The position numbers and the translations under genes are program-made. A stretch of 47,909 nt of DNA. Origin: an uncultured Bacilli bacterium (lineage in GTDB: Bacteria; Bacillota_I; Bacilli_A; RFN20; CAG-826). Of the stretch, positions 46,488 to 47,909 are shown piece by piece; the first letter of the stretch is position 1, and each line of letters begins with the position of its first letter. The stretch covers positions 1-47,909 of the forward strand of contig CAVRMZ010000032.1 in assembly GCA_963722445.1 (NCBI GenBank), read 5' to 3'. A model generated the notes under the pieces. That model searched no databases and was not told where the DNA came from. It worked only from the letters and a program-made list of their open reading frames with translations.

Positions 46488-47819
46488 ATGAGCAATGTCA
46501 TTGTGGCCTTAGCGACCGCGCCGCTTAAAAGCGCCCTAGCCCTCATTAGGCTTTCTGGCGAAGGGGTTTTCGCGATGACCGACGAGATTTTTTCTCAAAA
46601 AATAAGCGGAATCCAAAAACATACGATGTTTGTCGGAACCATCAAAGACGGAGGGGAGATCGTCGACCAAGTGGTTTTGCTGGCCTATCCGGCCCCCCAT
46701 TCGATGACAGGCGAGGACGTCGTCGAAATATCTTGCCATGGTTCCTTGATCATCACAAACGAGATTATCGAATGCTATTTAAAAAGAGGAGCCTCCTATG
46801 CCACGCGGGGTGAGTTTTCAAGCCGGGCTTTCTTTAACGGAAAAATGGATCTTGTCGAAGCCGAAGCCATTAATGAATTAATCAACGCCACAACCAAAGA
46901 AGCCAAAAATCTTTCTTTGCTATCGCTTGAAGGCAAAACAAGCGAACTTGTAAAACCTCTTAAAAAAGACATCGCGGATCTTTTGAGCCTCATTGAAGTG
47001 AATATCGATTTCCCAGAATATACCGACATTGAAGAGGCCAACGAAGCCAAAATTTCCTCAAAGATAAGCGAAATAAGAAAAAACGTTTCCTCTCTAATTA
47101 AAGGCGGGGAAGAGGGGAAAATCGTTAAAGAGGGCCTTAAGATCGCCATCGTCGGGGAGCCCAACGTAGGCAAGTCTTCGCTTTTGAATGCTTTGATGAA
47201 CGAAGAAAAAGCCATCGTAAGCGAAATTCCAGGGACCACGCGCGATGTAGTGGAAGGAGACATCAATCTTAAAGGCGTAGCCTTACATTTATTAGATACC
47301 GCCGGAATTCGAGAAGACGCAGACCGCCTTGAGGCCATGGGGATTGCCAAGAGCGAAAAATCCATTGCCGAAGCCGATGTCGTGGTGCTTGTCGTAGATG
47401 CGACGAAAGGCCTCCAAAAGGAAGACCAGAAAATCCAAAAAATGGCAGGAGAAAACAAAATCGTCATCACGGTTTATAACAAAGAAGATCTTCTGTCCAA
47501 AAAAGAAGCGGGGAAACTTTATATCAGCGCTCTTAAAAAAGACATCCAACCCCTTCTTGATAAAATTTATCAGGAACTGAATCTTAACGAAGAAGCTTTT
47601 GTGACCCCCTCTCTTTCTTCCGTTCGCCAAATCGGCCTCTTGAAGAAAATCGACAATTGCTTGGCTCAAGCCCAAGAAGACTGCGCAAAAAAGGTGCCAA
47701 TCGATTTAGTGTCAGTGAATCTTTCAGCCGCTTACAACGCCGCCCGCGAGCTATTAGGCGAAGACGCGACGCTAGATTTAACCGACGAGATTTTCTCGAG
47801 ATTTTGCGTAGGAAAATAA
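46488..47819 (+). CDS. mnmE: tRNA modification GTPase MnmE
   Basis: GEPNVGKSS, PGTTRD, DTAG, NKED, C-terminal FCVGK. Confidence 0.97.
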   Translation: MSNVIVALATAPLKSALALIRLSGEGVFAMTDEIFSQKISGIQKHTMFVGTIKDGGEIVDQVVLLAYPAPHSMTGEDVVEISCHGSLIITNEIIECYLKRGASYATRGEFSSRAFFNGKMDLVEAEAINELINATTKEAKNLSLLSLEGKTSELVKPLKKDIADLLSLIEVNIDFPEYTDIEEANEAKISSKISEIRKNVSSLIKGGEEGKIVKEGLKIAIVGEPNVGKSSLLNALMNEEKAIVSEIPGTTRDVVEGDINLKGVALHLLDTAGIREDADRLEAMGIAKSEKSIAEADVVVLVVDATKGLQKEDQKIQKMAGENKIVITVYNKEDLLSKKEAGKLYISALKKDIQPLLDKIYQELNLNEEAFVTPSLSSVRQIGLLKKIDNCLAQAQEDCAKKVPIDLVSVNLSAAYNAARELLGEDATLDLTDEIFSRFCVGK

Positions 47820-47820
47820 C

Positions 47821-47909
47821 ATGCTCGATAGTCATTGCCATCTTAACGACGATAAACTTTTCCCACGAAGGGAAGGCATCGTTAAAAGCGCCAAAGAAGT
47901 CGGAGTTAC
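47821..47909 (+). CDS. tatD: TatD family hydrolase (5' end only)
   Basis: MLDSHCHLNDDKLF...SAKEVGV, the DxHxH TatD start, 1 bp after the mnmE stop. Confidence 0.8.
   Translation, partial: MLDSHCHLNDDKLFPRREGIVKSAKEVGV

Noticed and set aside
1-47909. CRISPR arrays, tRNA/rRNA genes, intact transposases or integrases, TGA recoding
   Set aside because: None seen on reading; TGA is used as a normal stop (rpmH, tldD, dnaA) and Trp is TGG. A tRNAscan/Infernal run would be the definitive check.

Overview
Chromosomal origin region of a Bacillota (Bacilli) genome using the standard genetic code. Gene content, a Mollicutes-sized SRP RNA and a lipoprotein-type YidC suggest an uncultured reduced-genome lineage such as RF39/RFN20 or Erysipelotrichales (inference). 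The right half is the oriC block: tatD(partial)-mnmE-jag-yidC-rnpA-rpmH <> DnaA boxes-dnaA-DUE-dnaN-yaaA-recF-gyrB-gyrA-GT4-serS-SRP RNA-tadA. Further left are a tightly coupled ABC/P-type ATPase/psuG/TetR/Fe-ADH/M50-like operon, an orphan AbiEi-like gene, tldD-tldE, rpmE, pgm, metG and rlmD. Downstream of rlmD is a decaying accessory patch: HTH and Fic remnants, a C69 dipeptidase and a frameshifted nuclease-DUF2075 helicase. The most striking item is a compact hypB-[950-aa Cys-rich Fe-S/FAD oxidoreductase]-hypA operon with no hydrogenase, urease or other hyp genes in the window, a candidate for an uncharacterised nickel-dependent redox enzyme system. Also notable: quinolone-resistance-type residues in both gyrase subunits, and a recurring leaderless-promoter geometry. 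All calls come from reading the sequence and recognising motifs; no database searches were run.
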